NCBI GenBank assembly: GCA_051313645.2
Contig: JBNRSN020000006.1
Coordinates: forward strand, 302,560,001 to 302,624,000
Direction of reading: 5' to 3'
DNA length: 64,000 nt
From: Centroscyllium fabricii
Taxonomy: Eukaryota
The position numbers and the translations under genes were made by a program. How positions within the stretch are numbered: the stretch's first letter is position 1; each line of letters opens with the position of its first letter. Under the pieces are notes generated by a model, which was given only the letters and a program-made list of their open reading frames with translations, was not told where the DNA came from and searched no databases. This document shows, piece by piece, positions 13,151 through 24,893 of this stretch.

Positions 13151-13702
13151 ATGCAAGAAGTCACACAACACCAGGTGATAGTCCAACAGTTTTATTTTAA
13201 ATCACAAGCTTTCGGAGCGTCTGCTCCTTCCTCGGGTGGAAGAGAAGTTGATCCAAAGATCGCACATATGCAAGGGAGAGAGAAATCTGATCTCTCCCAC
13301 ATCTCACCGTAGCAAAGAGACAAACAGAGCAGACAAAGGTGTGTTAACATATTTTAACATATCAGTCTGAGATCAATGAGGCACAGTCACAAGGGGTCAA
13401 ATGCTGCAGTCCTCTGTGCATTTGACCCTTTGTGACTGTGCCTCATTGATCTCAGACTGATATGTTAAAATATGTTAATACACCTTTGTGTGCTCTGTCT
13501 CTTTGCTAAGGTGAGATGTGGGAGATATCAGATTTCTCTCTCCCTTCCATATGTGCGTTCTTTAACTCAGCTTCTCTTTCACCTGACGAAGGGGCAGGCG
13601 CTCCGAAAGCTTGTGATTTAAAATAAAACTGTTGGACTATAACCTGGTGTTGTGTGACTTCTTGCAATTGTCCACCCCAGTCCAACACCGGCACCTCCAC
13701 AT
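13151..13702 (+). mobile_element. Penelope-like fold-back (inverted pseudo-LTR) insertion
   Basis: ~250-bp inverted arms centred near 13410, an unpaired 3' tail ATTGTCCACCCCAGTCCAACACCGGCACCTCCACAT, and TSD CATTTGAGG[T/C]GA. Confidence 0.75.
13579..13616 (+). ncRNA. Minimal type-I hammerhead-ribozyme-like motif
   Basis: TCAC-CTGACGA-AGGGGCAGGCGCTCC-GAAA-GCTT-GTGA: core CUGANGA and GAAA, stem I TCAC/GTGA, stem II, and palindromic AAGCTT. Confidence 0.5.
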
Positions 13703-13807
13703 CATTTGAGGCGAGACTTCAGAGCGGTGAACATGTTGGTGTGCAGCAGCTGTGTAAACAGGAGCAAAGTTATGCCTGTCTGACTGAACTCTTATCTATT
13801 CTTGCAG

Positions 13808-13884
13808 TTACTGGATGAAAACCATCAGCTTATCCAATGCATAATGGACTACCAGAGCAAAGGGAAAGCTGCCGAATGCTCCCA
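13808..13884 (+). CDS. SS18: SS18 coding exon 2 (SNH domain)
   Basis: TTCTTGCAG acceptor; LLDENHQLIQCIMDYQSKGKAAECS(Q); GTAAGT donor; 77 nt, in phase with exon 3. Confidence 0.95.
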
Positions 13885-13950
13885 GTAAGTTGATCTTTCT
13901 GCTTTGTGATTTGGCAATTTGTCAGTAAAATGTTGCCTGGCCACATTAAG

Positions 13951-14345
13951 AGGCACGGTGGCATAGTGGTTAGCACTGTTGCCTTACAGCACTAGAGACC
14001 TGGGTTCAAATCCAGCCTCTGGTACTATCTGTGGAGTTTGCAAATTCTCCCCGTGTCTGCGTGGGTTTCCTCCGGGTGCTCCGGTTTTCTCCCACAGTCC
14101 AAAGATGTGCGGGTTAGGTTGATTGGCCATGATAAATTGACCCTTAGTGTCAGGGGGATTGAATATGTGGGGTTACGGGGATAGGGTGGGATATGTGTCG
14201 GTGCAGGCTTGATAGGGATTGAGGGATACGGGGAGAGGGCAGGGGCGGGGTACTGGGTTTGGATGATCAGCCATGATCTCATTGAATGGCGGAGCAGGCT
14301 CGAGGGGCCGAATGGCCTACTCCTGCTCCTATCTTCTATGTTTCT
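13951..14345 (+). mobile_element. HE1/V-SINE-like SINE
   Basis: Head, V-domain and tail as in the other copies. Confidence 0.85.
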
Positions 14346-14349
14346 ATTA

Positions 14350-14860
14350 CAGGAAGGATGTGATTGCACCAGAGAGTGTACAGATGAGACTTAACCAGGA
14401 TGTTGCCTGGACTGGAGAATTTTAGCTGTGAGTAAAGATTGGAGAGGCTGGATTTGTTTTCTTTGGAACAGAGGAGGTTGAGGGGAGATTTAATTGAGGT
14501 GTATAAAACTATGAGGGGCCGAGAAAGAGTCGACAGGAAGGACCTATTTCCCTTAGCAGAGAGGTCAATAACCAGGGGGCACAGATTTAAAGTAACTGGT
14601 AGAAGGATTAGAGGGGAGTTGAGGAGAACTTTGTTCACCCAGAGGGTGGTGGGGGTCTGGAACTCACTGCCTGAAAGGGTGGGAGAGGCAGAAACCCTCA
14701 TCACATTTAAAAAGTGCTTGGATATGCCCTTGAAGTGCCGGAACCTACAGGGCTACGGACCAAGAGCTGGAAAGTGGGATTGGGCTGGAGAGCTTTTTGT
14801 CGGCCGGCACGGACAGGATGGGCCGAATGGCCGCCTCATGCTGTAAATTTCTGTGATTCT
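14350..14860 (+). mobile_element. CR1 LINE 3' fragment
   Basis: LEQRRLRGDLIEVYK...FTQRVVGVWNSLP. Confidence 0.85.
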
Positions 14861-15334
14861 TTGAACTATTTCAGTTATTGAATCTACTTTGGAAAAGTAG
14901 GTAAAATTGCAAATGCTTATTCATCCCGTGTGAAGGCACCGATACCGAAAGCAAAGCACACATGAAAGATTGAACATTTGCACGTCTGCATTTGAATGGG
15001 GAAGGTGCGTTCAGGTCTTGGGCAGAATTCTGATGCAAGGTGTCCGTCCGCCAGCAGCGTGAACCTGTCTGGTTCCCTTTCAGGTGCCACTGAAACCTGC
15101 TGTGTATATACAGTGGTGTAGGCTGAGGGGTGGCAATTGGCCGGGTTGGATTTGTCCTGCTTTTTGTGGACAGGACATTCCTGGGCAGTTTTCCATTTAA
15201 ACATCTTAAGCACGTCAATTATTTAATTTCACTATACATAACTGGACAGGCTGGGGTTGTTTTCCTTGGAGCAGAAGAGGCTGAGGGGGGATCTGATTGA
15301 GGTGTACAAAATCATGAGGGGCATAGATAAGGTG

Positions 15335-15345
15335 TGTGGTAAACC

Positions 15346-15402
<57 letters not shown>

Positions 15403-15668
15403 TATATATATATGTTGTTTATTTTTATATATATTACCAACGGCCTGTAACTCTATATAGTTCTTTGTGTATTGCTTCCCTGGCCATGCCCATGCTAACA
15501 CCGCCTGTGACTCCTCCTCCCAGGACAGGTATATAAGCGACTGTCTCCCTCCCCCCATTCATTCCGGGAGCAGTCGACTAGCTGGTGCATGCCCAACCTT
15601 TTAGCTAATAAAAGCCTTTTGTTCACCTCGTAACTTCTCGTCTCCGAGGTCATTGGTAAGCACATCAA
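15335..15668 (+). mobile_element. Solo LTR related to the outer Gypsy LTR, containing (TG)n(TA)n
   Basis: Starts TGTGGTAA, has TATATAAG and AATAAAAGCC, and ends ATCAA, like the 19993/29146 LTRs. Flanked by a 128-bp direct repeat. Confidence 0.65.
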
Positions 15669-16668
15669 TTATTTAATTTCACTATACATAACTGGACAGG
15701 CTGGGGTTGTTTTCCTTGGAGCAGAGGAGGCTGAGGGGGGACCTGATTGAGGTGTACAAAATTATGAGGGGAATAGATAAGGTGGATGGAGTGGAACTTT
15801 TCCCCTTTTGTAGAGGGGTCAATAACTAGGGGGCATCATTTCAGGGTAAAGGGCAGGAGGTATCGTGGGGATGTGAGGAAGAACCTTTTCACCCAGAGGG
15901 TGGTTGGAGTCTGCAACTTACTGCGTGAAAGGGTGGTAGAGGTGGGAACCCTCAACGTTCAAGAAGCATTTGGATGAGCACTTGAAATGCCATAGCAGAC
16001 AAGGCTACGGACCAAATGCGGGAAAATGGGAGTAGTGTAGACTGGGATTGATGGGCGGCATGGACACGATGGGCCGAAGGGCCTCTATCTGTGCTGTATT
16101 ACTCTATGACTCTATAACGAATTACAGAGTAGGCGCAAGCATTGATGGTCATGTACACCTGATTTTACTGGTATCCACGCGGTTATTAATATCTCTGCCT
16201 GCAGTCCTGTTAACATTAACATTTTAAAGATATGCTGCTTTATAATGGCAGGGGTTTCTTTTTTTAATTCATTTATGTGATGTGGGCGTCGCTGGCAAGG
16301 CCCAGCATTTATTGCCCATCCCTTATCGCCCTCGAGAAGGTGGTGGTGAGCCGCCGCCTTGAACCGCTGCAGTCCGTGTGGTGAAGGTGCTCCCACAGTG
16401 CTGTTCGGGAGGGAGTTCCAGGAATTAGACCCAGCGACAATGAAGGATCGTAGGCAACGTGTTATTTTGCTGTTAGATGGTGGTGTACTTAAGCTGGTCT
16501 GTCCCATAAAGGCTAGGAAGTTTAATTGCAATAAGTGAACACAGCCGTAAGTCTCTCTGAATTTAACTGTTGTTTGGTGAGATACCTTTGAGGTTGGGTA
16601 TATATTAACTCCCTCATTTCTCTGTAAATTCTTAGTGTTGTTGACTTGTATTTGCCTCAAATTGTATA

Positions 16669-17087
16669 CAGGTACACAATCCCTTAACCGCGCATCCGAA
16701 AAGCTCCGAAAAGCGTTTTGGAGCACAAACCTAAATTTAATCGAGGCCTGAGGCCGACACTGGGTTTCCAGCCCACCCGCGGGTACAATTCCTCCCCAAG
16801 CCCACAATCTCCAACCGCCTCCCGGGAGCGTCTCTTCCATTGCAGAGGACGGCAGTGCGCCTGCTCAGAGCGCCGTTCTGCGCACTGGGCCGCCAACACA
16901 GCAATGCGCATGCGCAGAGCGCCGTTCCGCGCCTGCGCACTGGCCCGCCAACTCGGCAATGCTCCTGTGCATGTGCAGAGTGCCGTTCCACGCCTGCACA
17001 CTGGGCCGCCAACACGATCATCCAAAAACTGAAAATATCCGAGACCCATCCGGTCCCAAGGGTTTCGGATAAATGATTGTGTACCTG
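16669..17087. mobile_element. Tc1/mariner (Tigger-like) MITE
   Basis: TIR CAGGTACACAATC / GATTGTGTACCTG, with TA on both sides. Confidence 0.85.
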
Positions 17088-17431
17088 TACCAAAATAATT
17101 TAATATTTCCTTAAAAAAAAGTCATTCTTTTCTTGAAATACTTCACAAAGAAATATCGATGAGCACTCAAAACCCGTTTTGTATAATGTGTGCAAATTTT
17201 ACTTGAGTTTTAGGACAATGATTAATGCTCCCCTCAAATTTCTGTTGCAGTAGTTATACTAAATAGTCAGTAGGCAGGTATTGCTAACAGTACTTTGTTT
17301 TTAAAAAAAAAAAACTATTTTAATTCTTAGTCAGAAAGTTGTGAGTTCAAGTCCCGCTCCAGAGACTTGAGCGCAATCCACAGGAAGAAAGGAACAAGCC
17401 ATCCTCCGTCTCGATCGATCTCTCTCCTCTC

Positions 17432-17893
17432 AGAACACAGGAACTGGAGGAGGCCATTCAGCCCATCGAGCCTGTTCCGCCATTCAATGAGATCATGGCT
17501 GATCTGTGACCTAACTCCACATACCCGCCTTTGCCCCATACCCCTTAATACCTTTGGTTAATAAAAATCGATCAATCTCCGATTTAATAACAATTGATCT
17601 AACATCAATTGCAGTTTGCAGAAGTGAGTTCCAAACTTCTCCCACCCTTTGTGTGTCGAAGTGTTTCCTAATTTCACTCCTGAAAGGTCTGGCTCTAATT
17701 TTTAGACTCTGCCCCGAGTCCTAGAATCCCCAACCAGAGGAGATAGTTTCTCTCTATCTACCCTCTCTGTTCCCCTTAATATCTTGAAAACTTCGATCAG
17801 ATCACCCCTTAATCTTCTAAATTCCAGGGACTACAACCCTAGTTTGTGAAATCTCTCCTCGTAATTTAACCTTTGGAGCCTGTGTATCATTCT
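17432..17893 (-). mobile_element. CR1 3' fragment inside a DeuSINE
   Basis: Reverse CR1 tail and C-terminal ORF2 motifs; DeuSINE pieces at ~17330-17380, 17895-18160 and 18980-19055. Confidence 0.75.
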
Positions 17894-18162
17894 GGCTGAC
17901 ACTCCCCTGGTGCCAGTCCTGAGGGAGTGCTGCACTGTCGGAGGTGCCGTCTTTGGCTGAGACATAAGTCTCAAGTGGACGTATGCGGCACTATTTTGAA
18001 GAAGAGCAGGGGGCGTTCTCCCCGGTGTCCTGGGGCCAATATTTATCCCTCAATCAACATCACTAAAAAACAAACACATAATCTGGCCATTATCACATTG
18101 CTGTTTGTGGGAGCTTGCTGTGCACAAATTAGCTGCCGCGTTTCCCACATTACAACAGTGAC

Positions 18163-18978
18163 GGGGCGGCATGGTGGCATAGTGGTTAGCACTGTTGCCT
18201 CACAGCGCCAGTGACCCGGGTTCAAATCCAGCCTCGGGTGCAAGATGGCGGCGCGCATATACGCAGCGGCTTTGCGTCTCCCGAATTTGTAGTGTCCCTG
18301 GTTCCCGCACTGTTCCTGGAGAGGACGGTGGGGTCGGTGGAGTAGAGCACCGGTGCTCCTCAATCGGGGCACCGGTGTTGACGCACCAAGCCGTCGTGGT
18401 CGTCGGAGCGCCGGGGTGCTGAGAGCTGCGAGGCCGTCGAGCGCTGAGAGCTGCGAGGCCCGGGAGCTGTGGGGCCATCGGGCGCTGAGAGCTGCGAGGC
18501 CCGGGAGCTGTGGGGCCGTCGGGCGCTGAGAGCTGCGAGGCCCGGGAGCTGCGAGGCCGTCGTGGCCAGAGCGCCAGGGCCTGTGTGGCCGGGCATCGGG
18601 CGCATCGTGGCTGCAGCGCCGGGTGGTCCTGGTGGGATGGAATGGATCAGACTGGGACTAAAGGACATTTTAATAATTTGGGAGATTGCATGTTTGCATT
18701 TTGTTGTTTTGTGTATGTTCACTTTACAATGACAATAAATTGAATCTTATCTGTGTGGTGTTTGCACATTCTCCCCGTGTCTGCGTGGGTTTCCTCCGGG
18801 TGCTCCGGTTTCCTCCCACAGTCCAAAGATGTGCGGGTTAGGTTGATTGGCCAGGATAAATTGACCCTTAGTGTTAGGGAGATTGAATATGTGGGGTTAC
18901 GGGGATAGGGTGGGATATGTGTCGGTGCAGGCTCGATGGGCCGAAATGGCCTCTATCTGCACTGTAGGGATTCTATGA
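18163..18978 (+). mobile_element. HE1/V-SINE-like SINE split by the 18241-18747 insertion
   Basis: ...CCTCGGGTG | insert | TATCTGTGTGG... reconstitutes the SINE. Confidence 0.8.
18241..18747 (+). mobile_element. Short non-autonomous LINE derivative
   Basis: Begins CAAGATGGCGGC (YY1-like), has internal GAGCTGCGAGGCC repeats, and ends ATGACAATAAATTGAATCT. Homologous to 1-450. Confidence 0.7.
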
Positions 18979-19705
18979 ACACACTTCAAAAAGTACTTCA
19001 TTGGCTGTAAAGTGCTTTGGACGTCTGGTGGTCGTGAAAGGCGCTGTAGGAATGCGAGCACTGTGTCCCCCTCAGGTGCACGGGCATCAGTCGGGAGATC
19101 CCACATGGGCCGCTCACATGCGGTTGCCGATGGAAGACACGTGCATGCGCGGCAAATTTAAAGGGACCACGCTAACACAAAAATTGGAGGCAACGCCGAA
19201 GACAAGTTTTGTTTTTTACTTTTTTGACTTGATATTTGCAAACCTCTTGCATTTGTTGGCCAGTTTCGAGAGTGACAGATTTGAGCCATTTTTTGTGACT
19301 CGCCGCAAGAAGCGTCGAAGCAAATCCAGTCGCGAAATCGTCGAGCGAAAGCTTGTCGTGGCAAAGTCCTTAATGTCATTGCACCTGCGATCTCCAAGGA
19401 GTGAGCGCCTGATGCTGAGACTCCGTCCATCAGGCAGATAATTGCACAGTAATCTGAGTGCTATCTTCAAAAGTTTAACAATGATTGCTTATTTTATTTT
19501 ACTCCGTGTACCCTATATTATCTGCTTTGCGTGGGGTAAATAAATGTAGAACTCTCCAGACTATAACCGAAACTGCTGGAAACGTTCAGCAGGTCAGGCA
19601 GCGTCTGCAGAAGGTGCAGAAGAGTTCCTGTCTTTGGTGTGGAGCCTTCCCGTAAACTGGAGGATGTTGCAGACGAGCAGCTTTCAAAAGGGGACAGAAA
19701 TGGAA

Positions 19706-19992
19706 ACCGTGGCTCAGTGGGCAGCACTCGTGCCTCGGAGTCAGAAGGTCATGGGTTCAAGTTCCACCCCAGAGACTTGAGCAGAAAAATCTAGGCTGAC
19801 ACTCCAGTGCAGTACTGAGGTAGCGCCGCACTGTCTGAGGGGCAGTACTGAGGGAGCGCCGCACTGTCGGAGGAGCAGTACTGAGGGAGTGCCGCACTGT
19901 CGGAGTGTCAATACTGAGGGAGTGCCGCACTGTCGGAGGGGCAATACTGAGGGAGCGCCGCACTGTCGGAGGGGCAGGACTGAGGGAGTGCC
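19706..19992 (+). mobile_element. DeuSINE (SacSINE1-like), 5' part, with a 33-bp minisatellite
   Basis: CCGTGGCTCAGTGG...GGTTCAAGT...AATCTAGGCTGACACTCCAGTGCAGTACTGAG; continues at 29426-30445. Confidence 0.8.
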
Positions 19993-20267
19993 TGTGGTAA
20001 CCCATAATGTTATGTATACCACTGTATTCTTGTTGCCAATAATTGGCTGTGTATGTGTGATACACAGCCCTGTAACACTGTCGGGAGCCTGGTCCGCCAC
20101 ACCTCTAACTCTTCCCCCAGGTGAGGCCTTTATAGGTGGAGACTGACTGAGGCTCCCTCATTCCTGCTTAGATGTTCGTTCGGAGGGTAGCTCCTAAGTA
20201 AGTGATTAAAAGCCTATAGTTACGGTAACTACTCGTTGAGTCTTTTACTCTGAGATATCGACGATAC

Positions 20268-23200
20268 TGTAGAGGCATGCAGGCCTAAAGAACCACGCTG
20301 GACACAGAGGATTCGGAAAACAATCATTTAATGTTAACACAACTGGGGCCAGGTAGCAAAGAGACTGACCCACCTGGAACCAAGGTATTTAAAGGACCCA
20401 CGGTTGGTGACGTCACTGCCGGGTGTCCACCTGGCGACGTCATCACGCAGGAAGTCGCGGTGACGTCATCACGCCGCCCGGCGGGCGGGGCCGTCTCGCA
20501 GTACTCCTGAGGCGGATTCGATGGTCCTGGTGGGCGTGTCGCCACACAGCTCCCCCCCAGAATCTGTGAGGGAGAGCGAAGTTTAAGCTAAAGTAGAAAG
20601 GAGCATAAAGTAAAATAAAAAAATGGAGCATAAAAGTTGAGCCTCAGGCGAGGTGTTGAGGTGGCCTGATGATGCGGCCCGCCCGTGTAGTCTCAGGCGA
20701 GGCGTTGAGGTGGCCTGATGATGCGGCCAGCATGTGTCGTGCGCTGCTCCTTGTTCTGCGTGGGAGTGTGGGCGGGCTTTGGTGCGGTAGGGCGTCCGCG
20801 CTTTGGTGGCTGCGCGGGGACTGTTGTCTCACCCGCCATTACATGTGCCGGTTTGAGCCGGTCGATTGAGACAGTCTCGGCTCTGTTGCCCATTTTAATC
20901 TGGAACGTTTTAGGTCCCGCCTGAAGCACTCTGTACGGTCCGTCGTACGGTGGCTGTAGTGGTGTTCGATGTGCGTAGTGGCGGACAAACACATATTTGG
21001 CATTTTCGATGCCGTCTGGAATGCGTGCTGCCGGCTCTCCGTGCCGGGCCACCGGAAGTGGTTTGAACGCCGCTGCCTGGTTATTGAAGTCTTTGAGGCA
21101 GCGGTCGGCTGACCAGGGGGCGTTGGTTTCTGCGACGAACTCGCCTGGTACGGTTAGGGGTTGGCCATAGACAAGTTCCGCCGCTGAGGCGTGCAGGTCT
21201 TCCTTGGCCGCTGAACGCAGGCCGAGCATTACCCAGGGCAGGCGGTCGGTCCAGGTCGCGTCTTTGAGGCTGGCCCGCAAGGAAGCTTTGATGGAGCGGT
21301 GGAACCGTTCGCAGAGGCCATTGGCCTGTGGGTGGTAGGCGGTGGTTCGGTGCAGGGTTGCCCCGAGGTCGTGGGCGATGGTTGCCCATAGGGTTGAGGT
21401 AAATTGGGGGCCCCTGTCTGATGTGATGTCGGTGGGGACGCCGAAACGTGCGACCCAGGTGGCAATGAAGGCCCTGGCCAGGTCCGCGGTGGTGGTAGCG
21501 GTGAGGGGGACCGCTTCTGGCCAGCGGGTGCTGCGGTCGACCATGGTCATGACGTGTATGTCCCCGTGATGGTGGTAGTGGTCCAACCAGGTTGATGTGG
21601 ACGTGGCTGAAGCGTCTAGCTGGGATGGCGATCGTTTCTACTGGTGCCTTGATGTGCTTGTGCACCTAGGCGCGCTGGCAGGCATTGCAGGTGTTGGTTC
21701 AGGCGCGGACATCCTTGCGCAGGCCGCGCCAAACGAATCGCGCAGAGATCAGCTTTGTGGACGCGCGGACACCGGGGTGGGACAGGTCATGGAGGGTCTG
21801 GAAGATGTGTCGCCTCCATGCGTGGGGGACGATGGGTCTGGGCTGCGGGAGGGAGACGTCGCAGCGGACCTCCGTGGCTGTGGGCCCGTGTGCTACGGTG
21901 GCCAAGAGCAGGCCGGGGAGGTTGGTAGCTGGGTCGAGCAGATTGGGGTTGGTCAGTTGGTCGGCCGCCAGTTTGGCGTAGTCGACGGCCGTTTGAACGG
22001 AGTTGATGGTGGGGCGTGAGAGGCAGTCAGCGACCACGTTGTCGCGGCCGGCGATGTGCTGTATGTCGGTGGTAAACTCCGACACAGCCGCGAGCTGGCG
22101 CTGCTGCCTGGCCGACCAGGGTTCAGAGATCTTGGCCATTGCGGACACAAGTGGCTTGTGATCCACGAAGGATGTGAAGTGGCGGCCCTCTAGGAGGAAG
22201 CGAAAGTGGCGCACCGCGAGGCAGAGAGCGAGTAGCTCCCTATCGAAGACGCTGTACTTGACCTCCGGCGGCCGGAGTTGTCGGCTGAAAAAGGCCAGGG
22301 GTTGCCAGGAGTCGCCTGTCCACTGCTCAAAGACTGCTCCGATGGCGCGGTCGGAGGCGTCGGTGGTGAGGGCTACTCTGGCGTTGGACCTAGTGTGGCT
22401 GAGGAGCGTGGCGTTGGCCAGGGCGGTTTTGGTTGCGGTAAAGGCGGTGGACGCTTCGGCCGTCCACTCGACCGCAGCCTTGTTGGACTGCCCGCGGGTG
22501 GCCTGATAGAGGGGTGCCATGAGAGCGGCTGCTCCTGGGATGAAGCAGTTATAGAAGTTAACCATCCCGAGGAATTCCTGCAGCCCCTTGATGGAGTGCG
22601 GGCGGGGGAATTCCTGAACCGCCTGCACCTTGGAGGGCAGGGGTATGGCACCGGTCTGGGAGATGTGGTGGCCGAGGAAGTCGATCGTCTCGAGGCCGAA
22701 TCGACATTTGGAGGGGCTTAATATAAGGCCGTGTTCGGCCAGGCGGTTGAAAAGGGCCCTGAGATGGAGGAGGTGTTCCTGGGGGGGAGGTGCTGGCCAC
22801 GAGGATGTCGTCTAGGTAGACGAACGTGAACTGCAAGTCCTGCAGGACTGAGTCCATGAGGCGTTGGAAGGCCTGGGTCGCGTTTTTGAGTCCGAAGGGC
22901 ATTCGGAAAAATTCAAATAATCCAAATGGGGTAATGACAGCTGTCTTAGGGACGTCCGCCGGGTGCACTGGTACCTGGTGGTAGCCCCGTACCAGGTCGA
23001 TCTTGGAAAAGACCGTGCAGCCGGCTAGCCTTGCTGAGAAATCTTGGATGTGGGGGACGGGGTACCTGTCCGGGGTGGTGGCGTTGTTGAGGCGGCGGTA
23101 GTCTCCGCAGGGGCGCCAGCCGCCGCCGGGTTTGGGGGCAATGTGGAGGGGAGAGGCCCAGGGGCTGCTGGAGCGGCGGATTATGCCGAGTTGTTCCATG

Positions 23201-24893
23201 ATGTGGAACTCGGCGCGCGCAATCTCCAGCTTGGCCGGGTCCAGCCTGCGTGCGTGGGCATGGACTGGGTGGCCTGTGGTGGTGATGTGGTGCTCCACCC
23301 CGTGCTTGGCCGTGCGGGCTGTGAAGGTGGGGTTGGTTAGGGCTGGGAACGCCGCGAGGAGCGTGGCGTACGTGTCGGAGTTCCGGGCTCGGCAGTGGGA
23401 CGCTGCGTGGGTCTGGTGTGCCGGCCCTGTGGAGCATGGGATGGTCGACATGTTGTGGATGTCGACCAGGCCGCGTCGGGTAACGTCGACCAGGAGGCCA
23501 TGGGCGCACAGAAAGTCGGCCCCGAGTAGGGGTATTTTGACTTGGGCTGTGATGAAATCCCACTTGTACGTGTGGCCTGCTAGCTTGATGGTAAGCTGGC
23601 GGGTGCCGAACGTAACTATCTCGGAGCCGTTTGCGGCTTCGAGTGGTGGGCCTTGGGTGCATTGCTTGGTTTCTGCGGGGGAGGCTGGCACGATGCTGTG
23701 CTGCGCGCCTGTGTCGCAGAGGAAGCGGAGGCCTGAGCCACTGTCCGTGACGAAGAGCAGTGCTCCGGAGCGGCCTACGGACATGGTGGGGCTTGGGCTG
23801 GTTTGGAGTTTGAAGGTGCAGGGCTGGACGCAGCGCTGCGCTTTAGGTTCAAACCTGGTGTGGTAGTAGCACCAGCCGGGGCCTGTGGTGCGTGGCTTTT
23901 TACGGGTCCGCACCGGTCTGGGTTGGGACCTGGGGCCGGGCCTGGGGTGCGCGTAGTACTGCTCCGGTGGAGCGGCGGTCGGTTGGCACGTGGCGGCTCG
24001 GGTGCGCTCGGCCCTCATCAGCTTGTTGGCCTCCTGAGCCAGTTGCTCCTTGGTATAGTGCTCAAGGACCGTCAGAGCCGGTCTGACGGAGGGGGGCAGT
24101 TTAAGGAGGAACAAGGCGCGCTTAATGGTGGCCGGGTCGCAATTGAGCGCTTCCATTTGGGCCCAGAGGTCCGATGGGTCTGCGTCCCCGAGTTCGGGGA
24201 GGTTAATGAGCTGGCAGTCGCGCTCAAATTGGGTGGGGGTGAATTTTTGTAGCAGCGCGGCCTTAAGCGGTTCATACCTGCCAGCGGTTGGTTCGTGCTG
24301 TATGGATGACCACATTCGGTCGATCGTGGGCTGTGAAAGGGCCGCGAAGAGCAGGCTGTATCGATCGTCCCCCTGCACGCCATGGATGCGGTAGGTGTTC
24401 TCTGTGTTGAGGAACCAGGCCGCTGGACGGAGTTCCCAGAACTCTGGTAAGTTTGGGATTTGGCCGTAGTTCTGGCCCCGTCTGTGGAGTCGTGCTGTTT
24501 GGCTCCCTGCTGGCATGGTGGTTGTGATTCAACTGAGGCAGCTTGGCCCTCAGTCCTGCAGCAACTGCTTCATTATGTTCCCTTGGAATTCGTTCCAAGT
24601 ATCGAGGTCACCACTGTAGAGGCATGCAGACCTGAAGAACCACGCTGGACACAGAGGATTCGGAAAACAATCATTTAATGTTAACACAACTAGGGCCAGG
24701 TAGCAAAGAGACTGAGCCACCTGGAACCAAGGTATTTAAAGGACCCGCGGTTGGTGACGTCACTGCCGGGTGTCCACCTGGCGACGTCATCACGCCGGAA
24801 GTCGCGGTGACGTCATCACGCAGCCCGGCGGGCGGGGCCGTCTCGCAGTACTCCCGAGGCGGATTCGATGGTCCTGGTGGGCGTGTCGCCACA
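20268..24893 (-). mobile_element. Ty3/Gypsy LTR retrotransposon, CsRn1-like (inner element), nested in the outer 5' LTR
   Basis: 279-bp TG...CA LTRs at 20268-20546 and 24615-24893 with 8 differences; TSD ATAC; tRNA-Trp-type PBS TGGTGACCTCGA; PPT CTGGGGGGGAG; gag CHCC motif CYYHTRF..AQRCVQPC. Confidence 0.95.
20693..24516 (-). pseudogene. Disrupted gag-pol of the inner Gypsy
   Basis: PR (LCDTGA), RT (YLDDILV), RNase H (TDASD), and integrase (VDRSTRWPEA, SDRGPQF, GPY). Frameshifts at ~22780 and ~21570; stops at ~21699 and ~21667. Confidence 0.92.

Noticed and set aside
13951-14020. tRNA genes at SINE heads
   Set aside because: A and B boxes are present, but they run directly into the V-domain or Deu bodies with no proper cloverleaf or terminator.
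19001-19470. Overlapping ORFs on both strands in unique-looking sequence
   Set aside because: No recognisable domain or convincing splice sites, and the start lies in SINE sequence.
20644-20745. 49-bp duplication of the integrase C-terminal coding end
   Set aside because: A simple local tandem duplication beyond the stop codon, with no evident consequence.
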